Assembly: GCA_026026165.1 (NCBI GenBank)
Contig: JAPEUD010000075.1
Span: 62,001 to 115,805 of the forward strand
Origin: Sarea resinae
Taxonomy: Eukaryota
Length of the DNA stretch: 53,805 nt
Direction of reading: 5' to 3'
Part shown: positions 44,145 through 53,805 of the stretch, piece after piece
How the letters are laid out: every line of letters begins with the position of its first letter
Numbering within the stretch: the stretch's first letter is position 1
Translations under genes and position numbers: made by a program
The notes under the pieces: generated by a model
What the model was told of the DNA's origin: nothing
What the model saw: only the letters and a program-made list of their open reading frames with translations
The model's database searches: none

Positions 44145-46622
44145 TTATTTCGACTTTGGTTTCGACTTCGACTTGGGCGTCGACTTCGACTTGGGCGTCG
44201 ACTTCGACTTGGGCGTCGACTTCGACTTCGTTTTCCCCTCCATCTTCGCATCCGCTTTTTTCGCCTCGTCCGTCTCTGTCCCTTTTTCCTTTCCATGTTC
44301 CTTTCCTTTCGCCTTCGACGAGACTGCCTTCGACGGAGACGCCGATGTTGTTATTTTTGTTGTTGTTGTTGTTGTTGTTGCCGAGGAGGCACCGGCTGGG
44401 GATGTAGATGTGGATGTGGAAGAGGGTTTGGAAGGGGATGGAGATTTCTTCGTCGTCGATTGGTGGGCGCTGTTGCTGCTTCTCGCCGTCTTCTCCGCTT
44501 CGTCTTCGGGCGTCGACTTCTTCCCGCCCTTGGCGGCCGCGGCACGAGCACGAGGGTCCAGGCCCTTCTTCCTCAAGCGCCTCCGTTCCGCCTTCTCGAG
44601 GAAGACGGCATCCTCGTCGCTATCAAAGCCGCCGAAGCCGGCTTCCTTCTCGGCGGCCTCCTCGGCCTCGGTCAAGATGGGTGCGCGGTCGACGAAAGCG
44701 TCGTCATCATCGTCGTCACCATCGCCAGCCTTTTTGCTTCCGCCGGCAGTGGCAGCTTTGCCGTGGCCGGCGCCGCCATTGAGGATCTTGCCGTGGACGT
44801 CGGTGGCCACGACGTCGGCGGCCTTGGTGGGCGCCGTCTTGCGGAACTTGGCGACGAAGAAGCCGTCGACGTTGAAGCTGTGCGGGTAGTAGCGCCGCGT
44901 CATCTTCATGCGGCCGTCAAACTGCTTGCCCATGTACGACACGAAGCCCTCTTTGCCAAACGAGAGGCCCGTCTCGACGAGCTTGACGTTGGGCCGCTTG
45001 TTGAGCGCGTACTGCACGACCTGCTCGTTCTCCTCGACCGTGACGCTGCAGGTCGAATAGACAATGTAGCCGCCCGTCTTGCTGGCCGCATCGACGCTGT
45101 CGATGGCCGAGAGCAGCAGCTGCTTCTGCAGATGCGGGAGCATGAGGAAGTCGCGCTCCGTCTTGTTGGTTTTGACCGATGCGTCTTTGGCGATGACGCC
45201 CGAGCCGGAGCAGGGCGCGTCGAGCAGCACGCGGTCGAAGCCGCCGAGGAGCTTGGGGAACGCTCGCGCGTCATGATTGCACACGATGGTGTTCTTGGCG
45301 CCCAGGCGGTGGATGTTGCCGATGAGACCCTTGGCGCGGTTCTTATTGGCATCGTTGGCGAACACCACGCCCGTGTTCTTCATGATGGCCGAGATGTACG
45401 TGGTTTTCCCTCCCGGCGCGGCCGCCATGTCGAGGATGCGTTCGTGCTCTTGCGGCGCCAGAGCCATGACCGGCAGGAATGACGACGCCGCTTGCAGGAT
45501 GTAGTGCCCGGCCAGGTATTCAGGTGTCGCTCCGAGCGGCACTTGGGACTCGAACACTTGGAGCCCGACTTTGGACCATTTGCCCACAGGCTCGAGAGTG
45601 ACGCCGCGGTTGATGAGCGCTTGGGCGAGGTCGCGGCGGTGGGTGCGGAGGGTATTGGTGCGGATCACAATGGGGCGGGGCGTCTCGTTGGCTTCGAAGA
45701 AGGCGAAAGCTTCGCGAGGAGGGAAGAGGTTGAACAGTTTCTCGGCAAGGAAAGGAGAGTAGCCGTAATAAGCAACGATATCTTTGAGCAGCTGCGTCGT
45801 GTAGTCTGCGCGGGAGCGCCCTTCCTCGGCGAGGTTAGAGAAGTCATCGAGGACACGGATGGTGTCTGTGATGCGGGTGCGGAGAAGCTGTAGATCCGGC
45901 GCTAGCAATGCAGAAGGCTGTTGCATGTCTTCATCTTCATCGTCATCCAGATCACCAAGAATCTTCGGTCGATCACCGGCGATGTTGGTCTGTAGAGCTG
46001 CTTCCTCCAATTCGGCCTGTGCTTCGGCCGCTTCATCGTTGATCTGCGCGTCGAGCCGTCTTGAGAGACCCTCAATGTTTGCCGCCGTGAGCTTCTCTTC
46101 GGCGTCTGACTCGTCTTCGTCTTCCGAGAACATGGCTTTTGGCTGCTGATCCTGATCGGAGTCGTAGACCGACGAATCCGACCCGAGGAAATCGTCCGGG
46201 AGAACATCGGCGTCCGAGCCATCGAGACCATCAACGTCGCCGAATTCATCATCCATCAAATCCGCCGCGTCAGAATCATCCGACCCATCAGCCGGCAGAG
46301 GAACAGGAGCCTTCTTCGATGGTTTCGCCTTGGCAGCAATTTTCCCGTTCTCAGCCTTTGCAGGCTTGCCGCCATTTACGACGGCCTTGGGCTTTGTGGC
46401 ATTTTTTCTTTCTCCCAGTGGGTCGCGATTGGGATTTGGCTTCGACTTCTTCGCCTTAGCCTGTGCGGGGCTCGTGGCTTTCAATTCCGTCGACGTTCTG
46501 CGCTTCTTCTCGCGGCCGTCCGCTCCAGCTTCACCAGCCTTGCGCTTTTTCAGCGACGAAATGCGAGACTCGTCGAGCGGGGCCGGAGGGCCCTGCTTCT
46601 TCATGCGACGACCGACACCCAT
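44145..46622 (-). CDS. NOP2: 25S rRNA m5C methyltransferase Nop2, ~825 aa, intronless
   Basis: MGVGRRMKKQGPP start, 'GATPEYLAGHYILQ', 'LDMAAAPGGKT', 'FDRVLLDAPCSGSG', 'VYSTCSV', 'DGFFVAKF'. Confidence 0.97.
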   Translation of the reverse strand: MGVGRRMKKQGPPAPLDESRISSLKKRKAGEAGADGREKKRRTSTELKATSPAQAKAKKSKPNPNRDPLGERKNATKPKAVVNGGKPAKAENGKIAAKAKPSKKAPVPLPADGSDDSDAADLMDDEFGDVDGLDGSDADVLPDDFLGSDSSVYDSDQDQQPKAMFSEDEDESDAEEKLTAANIEGLSRRLDAQINDEAAEAQAELEEAALQTNIAGDRPKILGDLDDDEDEDMQQPSALLAPDLQLLRTRITDTIRVLDDFSNLAEEGRSRADYTTQLLKDIVAYYGYSPFLAEKLFNLFPPREAFAFFEANETPRPIVIRTNTLRTHRRDLAQALINRGVTLEPVGKWSKVGLQVFESQVPLGATPEYLAGHYILQAASSFLPVMALAPQEHERILDMAAAPGGKTTYISAIMKNTGVVFANDANKNRAKGLIGNIHRLGAKNTIVCNHDARAFPKLLGGFDRVLLDAPCSGSGVIAKDASVKTNKTERDFLMLPHLQKQLLLSAIDSVDAASKTGGYIVYSTCSVTVEENEQVVQYALNKRPNVKLVETGLSFGKEGFVSYMGKQFDGRMKMTRRYYPHSFNVDGFFVAKFRKTAPTKAADVVATDVHGKILNGGAGHGKAATAGGSKKAGDGDDDDDDAFVDRAPILTEAEEAAEKEAGFGGFDSDEDAVFLEKAERRRLRKKGLDPRARAAAAKGGKKSTPEDEAEKTARSSNSAHQSTTKKSPSPSKPSSTSTSTSPAGASSATTTTTTTKITTSASPSKAVSSKAKGKEHGKEKGTETDEAKKADAKMEGKTKSKSTPKSKSTPKSKSTPKSKSKPKSK
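44163..44228. repeat. 18-nt tandem repeat encoding (KSKSTP) x3 at the Nop2 C-terminus
   Basis: CGACTTCGACTTGGGCGT x3.6. Confidence 0.9.
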
Positions 46623-47001
46623 AGCTAACGTATGGGATGTGTTTGGCACCACGGACAATCTGTAGAAAATCAAGTGGTGCGTGAGAATAGACTCGAGGGT
46701 CTATTGTCGTGTTGTTTGTCCGTTTCGAGGGGAGGTCAGGGTGGAAGTTTTGGAAGTTTTTCTTGACCGCCCAGATCAAGTAGGTCTAGCGCGCGGCAGA
46801 GCGAGACTACTCCGTAGACGAGACGAGATCCGGCCTTAGCGACTCGCATCTCTCGCATCTCACAGCTGACATCAACACCGTGGATCGTCCAGTCCGTACA
46901 ATCGCAGGACGCCTCACCTGCAAGATCAACGACCACACCTACCATAAATACCTCTCCTTCACGGCAAATCCTCAGAATCAACCATCATCCAATCATTCAA
47001 C

Positions 47002-47860
47002 ATGTCTGAACTAAGCTTCGCAAAGCAATTCCTCGGGACCCTGGACTCGAGGCCCATCAAGACTGCGTCCGACTATGCAGAAGACCCAAGACACTACCCC
47101 GCACAGCGAGCAGTGCGTCGTACCCCTCTTGCTTCTCAGATAAACCTCCCTCCTGACAGTGCATCTCAAATAGTACACGCTCCCCAAGCTCGCACGACCG
47201 ATGCACAAGCGGCAGAAGCTCGTGGCCCCAGGGTCCTCACGATCCGTGACGATCCACCTGAAATCACTACGGAACCCGCCGCTGAACCTCACGCTGACGT
47301 CGCAGCCATTGTCGACCTCGGTCCATGAGCTGAAAGCCCACGTGGCCGAGGCCACCAAGGCGCCGCCCCACAAGGTCAAATTGCTGCATAACAAGAAGCC
47401 GTGCGCGGACATCAGGACCGTCAGGGAGGTGCTGGGTCTCGATGACGAGACAGCAGCGGTAGAGGGGCCCGTGGAGTTCAGCGTCATGGTCATTGGGGGC
47501 GCGACGGCTTCTTCGCCCGCTACGCCTGCCCCTTCGTCGCCTGGCATCTCGACGCCGTCTGGCGTTGGAGCCGGCGTAGGATCGCCGAGAATAGCGACGC
47601 CCGTGATGGAGACGGCTCACTCGGCCGCTGATGTGAAGACGGACGCGGACCCTATGGACATAGACCCCAAGGTGCCATCACATTCTCCTGCTTCGGAAGT
47701 GCCCGTTGCTCAAGGTCCGCACGGTACTACAGTCCTAGCGTCTGAGCCCTTCTGGGATGACCTGAAGGGCTTCCTGCTGCAACGACTACGAGATGAGGCC
47801 GAGGGCCAGGAGGTGTTTGAGGTATTCCGGGATGCTTGGAGTCGGCATAAGAGCACGTGA
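47002..47860 (+). CDS. GET5: Get5/Mdy2-like ubiquitin-like protein (GET pathway), ~265 aa; exons 47002-47112, 47174-47860
   Basis: N-terminal 'SELSFAKQFLGTLDSRPIK..DY' (Get4-binding-like), a central UBL domain ('SVHELKAHVAE...KVKLLHNKKP'), and a C-terminal 'FWDDLKGFLLQRLRD' dimerisation-like motif. Confidence 0.8.
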
Positions 47861-48211
47861 GATGGAGTGATATGAGCAGTGGAATTAGTGTCATTTTGGG
47901 GATCGGTAATAAATGCGGGAAAAGCCTACTAGTACTATCCGAGAGGTTGTCAAACTAGATAACAGCGTGAATCGGAAATGGGAATCTCAACAACAGGAGA
48001 AAGATGGTGAAAAAATACTGTCATCATACTCCCATATGCTACGCTATGCAAACTCCCCATCCATCGATCTTCAAACCCAGGCAGTAGTGAGATCGCAAGT
48101 GAAAATGAGGAAATGAAGAAGATCTCTGGGTATACAAGCCGTTGCTCCACCTGACATACCACTTCAGCTCAACTCAACCTGGCTCAGCCCAGCCTTCTCT
48201 CGCCAGTGCCA

Positions 48212-51200
48212 TCACGACTTGAAAATCCTCACTGTAGCCAACACTTGCTTTCGACAGACCGGACAGTTCTCCACACATTTGGCACACTCCAAGCACGCAA
48301 CAACATGTCCACAATCGTAGAAGAGCGCATCCATCTCTTGCTCGTAGCAGATCTGACACAAGCGCTGATCTTCCTCCGCAACCTCGTAACACATGACGCC
48401 CTTGCCGTGGCGTTTGCCGTTCTTCCACCCACCCTCATAGACGTTGCCCGTAGCAGCATAGACAAATCGACCTTGCCCGGACATTTGGTCGTAACGCCAG
48501 CCACCCGTATATACATCACCATTGGCGTATTGCATGTTTCCGGTATCGCCGTGGCGGAGGCCAGAAACGAAGGGGCCCGTATAGACGTCACCGGCGGGGG
48601 AGATGTGGGTGCCAAGGCCGTGGGGCCGATTGTGGAGAAATGTGCCGCGATGATAGGGCGAGGAGAAGTAGGAGAGGGTGTGGATCTGTCCGTCGTTGAT
48701 GGTCATAGGGCTATCGGTGTGGACGGCGAGGTAAGCAAGGTAGGCGTCTGGAGTTGTGAAGTCGCCACGAAGAAAGATGTGATTCGTACTGCAGTGTAGT
48801 AAGTGGTTAATAGGATTGAACATAAGAGTTGAGAGTCCAATAGGAAGACAGGAGGCCGGATAGTGACTTACTCTTGCTCGCTGAGGACGTCCTGGTAAAT
48901 GATGATAGACGTACGGTTGCAAGGCTCTGTGCAGGGCTCGGTATCGAGAGTCTGGTTCGCAGAAATAGCCTTGGCATCGTTGACTTCTGTCTCCGCCCAG
49001 AGCTTGACTTCCTTGTCTTCAGGCAGGTCAAGCTTCTGACGGACAACATCCCTCACCTTGTCGCTTCCCTTGACAACATAGCTCCCGACGCCCACCAGTG
49101 TCTGTTTTGCGGCATCGAAGTGCTTGAGGAATAAGTAAACCTCATCAACGCGTGGCTCATGGGACCTAGAAGTATCCCAGTCTGATTGCCATTCTGAACC
49201 CCATCCTGCCGGTGGTGCTGGTGGTGGAGGAGGACGATCTGAAGTGCCTTCCATGACGACTTCAACAATCTCTGGAGGTGGTAGTGCTGGTGGATAATCA
49301 TGAGAAAGCCTTCCATCAACAAAAATTACTTGCTCGTCTAACGTTCTCGCGTCTTCCTCCATTTGAGTCTCGCCGACGAACGTGTTCGCTATAGGCGCTT
49401 CAGAGTGAGATAGTTGCTCAGTCCCACTGGCCGACTCTCCCATGGCGGTATCGTCTTCGGATGCATCTGCATGCGCCGAAGGAAAATGGTCCGATCCTCC
49501 TCGTGGATCCTCTTCGCCTTCGATTCTGTTGCTGCCTTCGCGACGGGGAGGTTGTGAGATGTCGATGACCACGACCTCAGAATCATCTGATGACGTCGAA
49601 TCAGGCCTTGATATAGAATTCCGTGATGGGTTCCTTGGGTCGGGCTCATTCCTGGTGTTCGAATCCCAACGAGCTTGGTCCGGTCCAGCAGGCGGCTGTA
49701 CTAGCACGACCCCACCACCAGAGTCTGTCGCAGGCACCGGATCTGACTCAGGCAAAAGTTCATCTGATGATATTAGATCAATTTTGGCAAGAATATCCAA
49801 GGAAGTTGCTCACCTGGTGGTACCACATGAAGCCATAGCATGCAACTTGGGTACTTGTCTCGAAGATCCCGTACTGAGCAAGCCTCTTGTACCATAGCAG
49901 GAAAGCAGAGATCAGCATCTTCAGTGGGATCAAGCGCCCAGAGGCGGCACTGCCTCGGATCCTCCACTCCGTCTACAATTGTCGCAAGTTCTTTACGAAC
50001 ATCATTCAATGTCGAATCAGGATTAAGATTGACGTGATAGATATGATCAGAATGGGTTTTCGGTTCGAAGACGTCAACATAGCCCTGCCCACGATGCCCT
50101 TTGAATATGTCTGCATTGAAGATTTGTAGCTCAACGGGCATGTCATCTTCACCCCTTAGCTTGTGAATGAGTTCCGTTCGAGCATTCACATGGAGTCCTT
50201 CGAGCTGTATTCGGTCATCTACAGAAAGTATTAATTCGAGGTGCGGAGACTAGCAGACTTCACGATCAGGGCAAACTTACGGAGCCATTGGGGATAGTCT
50301 TGCTCTGGGAAGCGTTCAAATGTGTCCTGGACCACGTCATCATGAACATACATTACCACATAAGCAACGGGCTCGGCGCCGTCACTGCTGTGGTCTGTTG
50401 GACAGCCCTCATGCGCATCAATGGCTTGTCTCCTAGTCAAGCATCGTACTTCGTGACCGGCTAATTTGAGCCATTTGGTGCCAGGGCCATAGGGGCGAAC
50501 CACCGGGTAGTAGTTCTTTGATTTTAAAGTGCCTGCATGCGCAATGAAGCCAAAGAGAGAGTAATTTTCCGTTATATCAGAATTCCGACACTCTATCTTC
50601 ACGTTCTCATCAAAGCATACTTTGTTCACAAGTTTCTTCCATTTCCGGGTGACAGTGTCAAAGACTTGGCGGTCCAATTCAATCTGCAGAAAGTGTGGTA
50701 CTTTCTTGAAATTTGTGCCGCCACCGAGCACCTTTTCCAGACCCTCTTGGATGCTACTGACTCCTTCGACGGGTATTCGGAAGCTCGGGCTACAGTTTGC
50801 TGCCAGGATTGTGGAGTAAACGGGGTCGTTGCAGATTGCGCCATCGAAAAAGTGGCTCAGGTCATGATCCACGGAGAAGCTCTTTCCGACAGAACTCTCA
50901 CGATCGTGCACCTCCTCTTCAAATTTGCGTCTCAAGATCTGCCAGAATTCAATTACGTCGATATCACTTGTGAGCTTGATTCCATAGTATTCGAGTGCGT
51001 CCGTGATAGGAGACAACGATATGACTGACTTGTCCGACTTGGCCGGAGTTTGCAACTGATAGAACACTCGCTGGAGGGCGGCAGCGAGGGGTGTTATTCT
51101 TATACGGGGCTCTTTGATTGGATCCGGAACAGGGAATTGAAAAATAGTTCTTCTGACAGGAGCCAGCAAGCTCCATACCCATATACTTGAAGTAAATGCA

Positions 51201-52892
51201 CTGCGTCGTTGATCATCTTTCAGGGCCCGAACCCCGGTCTTAGCAAAGCTATCCCATGGGTTCTCGAAGGTGGACTCATGCCACAAAGCGCCCGTCTCGT
51301 CGTCGATGAGCCGGATATAGGCAGTAAACGCTAGAGTATTGTTGCGAAGAAGAGCTTGCCGTTGACCGTATTGTCGTCGATGTATCTCGGAATGAGGCCC
51401 ATGAAAACGAGTCCAACCCCAGTCTGGTAATCCGGAACAAAATCGATGTTTGGTATGATGATGATAATGCACTCGTGGTTCAGCAGGGTTATAAAGAGTG
51501 CAGCCTATTTGTGCGGGTTGGTCAAAGATGAAGGTTTTCTTCGACGCGCTTTGTTGGGCGTTTGCAGTGATGACTCCATTGGCCGCAGAAGATGTGCCGT
51601 CTGTAGGCGTTAATGGAGAGGTGACTGCCGCTGCGGCTGGGGCATTCTCTGATGAAGGTGACGTAGATCCCCCCAAAGTAGGGTCTTTCGCTTCTCCATC
51701 CTGATCTGTTGTATTTGCCTCTCCGTCAGAGGGCGGTCTGGAGCATTCAATGTAGATGCTGAGCTTTTCCGTCCCATTCCCTTTCGGGAAGAATTTGATG
51801 TTCCAATCAAATCCTCCAATGCGAACAGCAGGCGATCGCCTAACAAGTTCCTCCTTTGGGTTGTCCTTAGTAGGGCGTACGTTGTTGACAATCCATTCTA
51901 TTCGCCCACAAACGCCAGGTCTATATTCCGGATCCTCAAGCTCTTCGAACGTCTCTTGTTCCCAATGATCATCTAGACATTATCAGTTACTGACTCGGAT
52001 GTGTTTGGGACACTTCGTCAGACTTACGGTCTAAGGCACTATATTCCTGGCCAAGGGTTTCTTGTATCTCTAACAATTCTTGCTGGCTCGGGACGGAGGT
52101 GTCTTCGACGATTTCTACCAATGCTGGTCCATCGTCATCAGGAGATTCAGACCGGCTATCCTCTTCAATCTGATCTGGGCGCCGCGAGCCGGGGATGTGA
52201 TCGTCGACAACATGAACCTCGTCCCCCCAGGGCGAGCCATCAAATTCAGGCGGCGGTGGTGGAATATTCTCCATATTGTGCACCCCATTGTAGGGCCCTC
52301 CAATGCCGTTACTTGGTATTTCAGTGGGCGTGTCCGATCCATTTTCCGTATCTACCATGGCGGCTGGACGTGATCGATCGATGTTATCTGTTGAATCTAT
52401 GCTCGAGCCATTGGATGTCACTCTGGTGAGGTGCGCCAATCTTGCAATAGGTCCGGCTTCCCCTGCAGTCTCGGGAGCTTCATTCTCCTGTGAGAAATGT
52501 ACAGATGCTGCCCTATTGCGCTCGGCACCATCTGAGTGGTTATCGGACGCAGAATTACTCTGGGTGCCATCAGGAGTCACATCCATGGCATCGATATCCA
52601 CGGGCTCAATACTCTGAGAGGTTCCAAGCACAGTAATGCCTAAGTTATGACCATTTGGCAACGTTTCTACATCCTCCATTTCAGAGTCTTGTCTATCGCG
52701 ACGCTGACCACTAGGTTGAGGTACGGTGGGGGAGGAGTCATGCTCCATACCTGGTGAGGGCGATGATAAGGCAAAGTAAGGTGGAATCGGGATGGAGCGA
52801 TCGTGATCGTGGCCCCTGGAAGCTGAGGATGGTGAAGTGTAAAGCGGTGAATGATGGTCCATGCTAACGGCGGAGCCTATAACGGCATCCAT
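48212..52892 (-). CDS. MATH + degenerate USP (UCH) + MORN repeats + C-terminal RING protein, ~1476 aa; exons 52892-52028, 51972-50281, 50218-49814, 49763-48872, 48788-48212
   Basis: MATH motifs 'IGGFDWNIKFFPKGN' and 'DWGWTRF', a USP-like core, MORN repeats 'YTGGWRYDQMSGQG' and 'YEGGWKNGKRHGKG', and RING 'CQIC...CGHVVACLECA...CPVCR'. Four GT-AG introns give one continuous frame. Confidence 0.87.
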
Positions 52893-53805
52893 GGTAAATT
52901 CAGTATCTTATGTGAGAAGGCAGAATCGTGTGCTCAGCGATCTGCGTGTCCATGATATACCATCAGTAAGCAGAAACTCGTAAGATGCAGCCCTCAGGAT
53001 TGGATCTATCTACCTTTTGATATGCTCCGTCGATCCTGAAAACGGAGCATAGAAGGTGAGTAATGAATGACAGCTGGACAGCTCAGCTATTGATCAAGAG
53101 CTATTGATCAACAGCTGTTCGCTGCTCTAGGCCAAAGCGTGGGCCCAGCTGCTTATCGATATCGGCTTCCGATCAAGCGAGAGGATAAGAGGCCGACTTG
53201 AGAGACTCAACAGCTAGCTATTTGAATTTCGGTCTCTTCTTCATATGGGAGAAGTGGAAGAAGTGAAGTTCAGCAACGTTCTCGCAATGAGATCGAGTGG
53301 GGAGCGAGGTAGGGAGCTTGAGCTTGTCAGAGTCGGAGTCAGATCATGAAGACAGCTGGAGAACGGACAGCTTCCACGGACGGATTGGCAGATTGACAGC
53401 TAGGTATCCGTCACACGAGGCTGCAGCCCCGGAACGGCGCAGCCAACGCGGCAAGTCACACACTAAGAGGTAGTCGATACCTTGCTCGACCCTCACCTAG
53501 ACCTTACCTTTGCCTCACCTTCTTATCACCTACGGTACCTAAAATACATAGTAGGTGCCTACCTTACCTACCTCTCTTTCCCAGGTTGCCTTCAGACGTC
53601 CTGTACGAATCAATACCTACCGTACGAAGGGCATCCATTCACTTGACTCCTCCTTTGTACACCTCATTCCGCAGTACTAGTAGTCACAGTATGCAAGCAG
53701 CCCTGGAGGTACTCCGTAGATATTCTTAGGTAGAGCTGTCGGCTGCCTGGAGTTAGGGAGCCGGTCTAAAGAACAGAAGGGAATAGCTGCCGCTCTACGA
53801 CCAGA

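Noticed and set aside
44173..45482. Long plus-strand ORFs (238 and 395 aa) antisense to NOP2
   Set aside because: Antisense shadows of a GC-rich conserved gene.

Overview
Eukaryotic, intron-containing DNA from a filamentous ascomycete (Pezizomycotina-type GT-AG introns with CTRAC/CTAAC branch points). The left flank has a hypothetical gene, a LIN1/CD2BP2 GYF protein, UFD1 and a NIMA-like kinase. The right flank has HSP60, cofilin, NOP2, GET5/MDY2 and a MATH-pseudoUSP-MORN-RING gene. Between them (9178-37834, about 29 kb) lies an apparently homogeneous cluster of 11 highly diverged paralogous genes (10 clear, 1 degenerate), labelled A-K here. After manual splicing, each clear member encodes one ~50-aa N-terminal Myb/SANT-like three-helix domain followed by a disordered tail with S/T-P-x-K motifs, psi-K-x-E/D SUMO-type sites and acidic ends. 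The ORF track misses the family because introns split the domain in every gene. Intron positions are shared between paralogs. Two subfamilies are nested: W-type genes at both ends, F-type genes in the core. Several unusually long introns can fold into long hairpins. This multi-paralog array of putative DNA/chromatin-binding regulators is the main candidate for an undescribed system. All gene models were spliced by eye, no database searches were run, and I cannot confirm novelty without a literature and synteny search.
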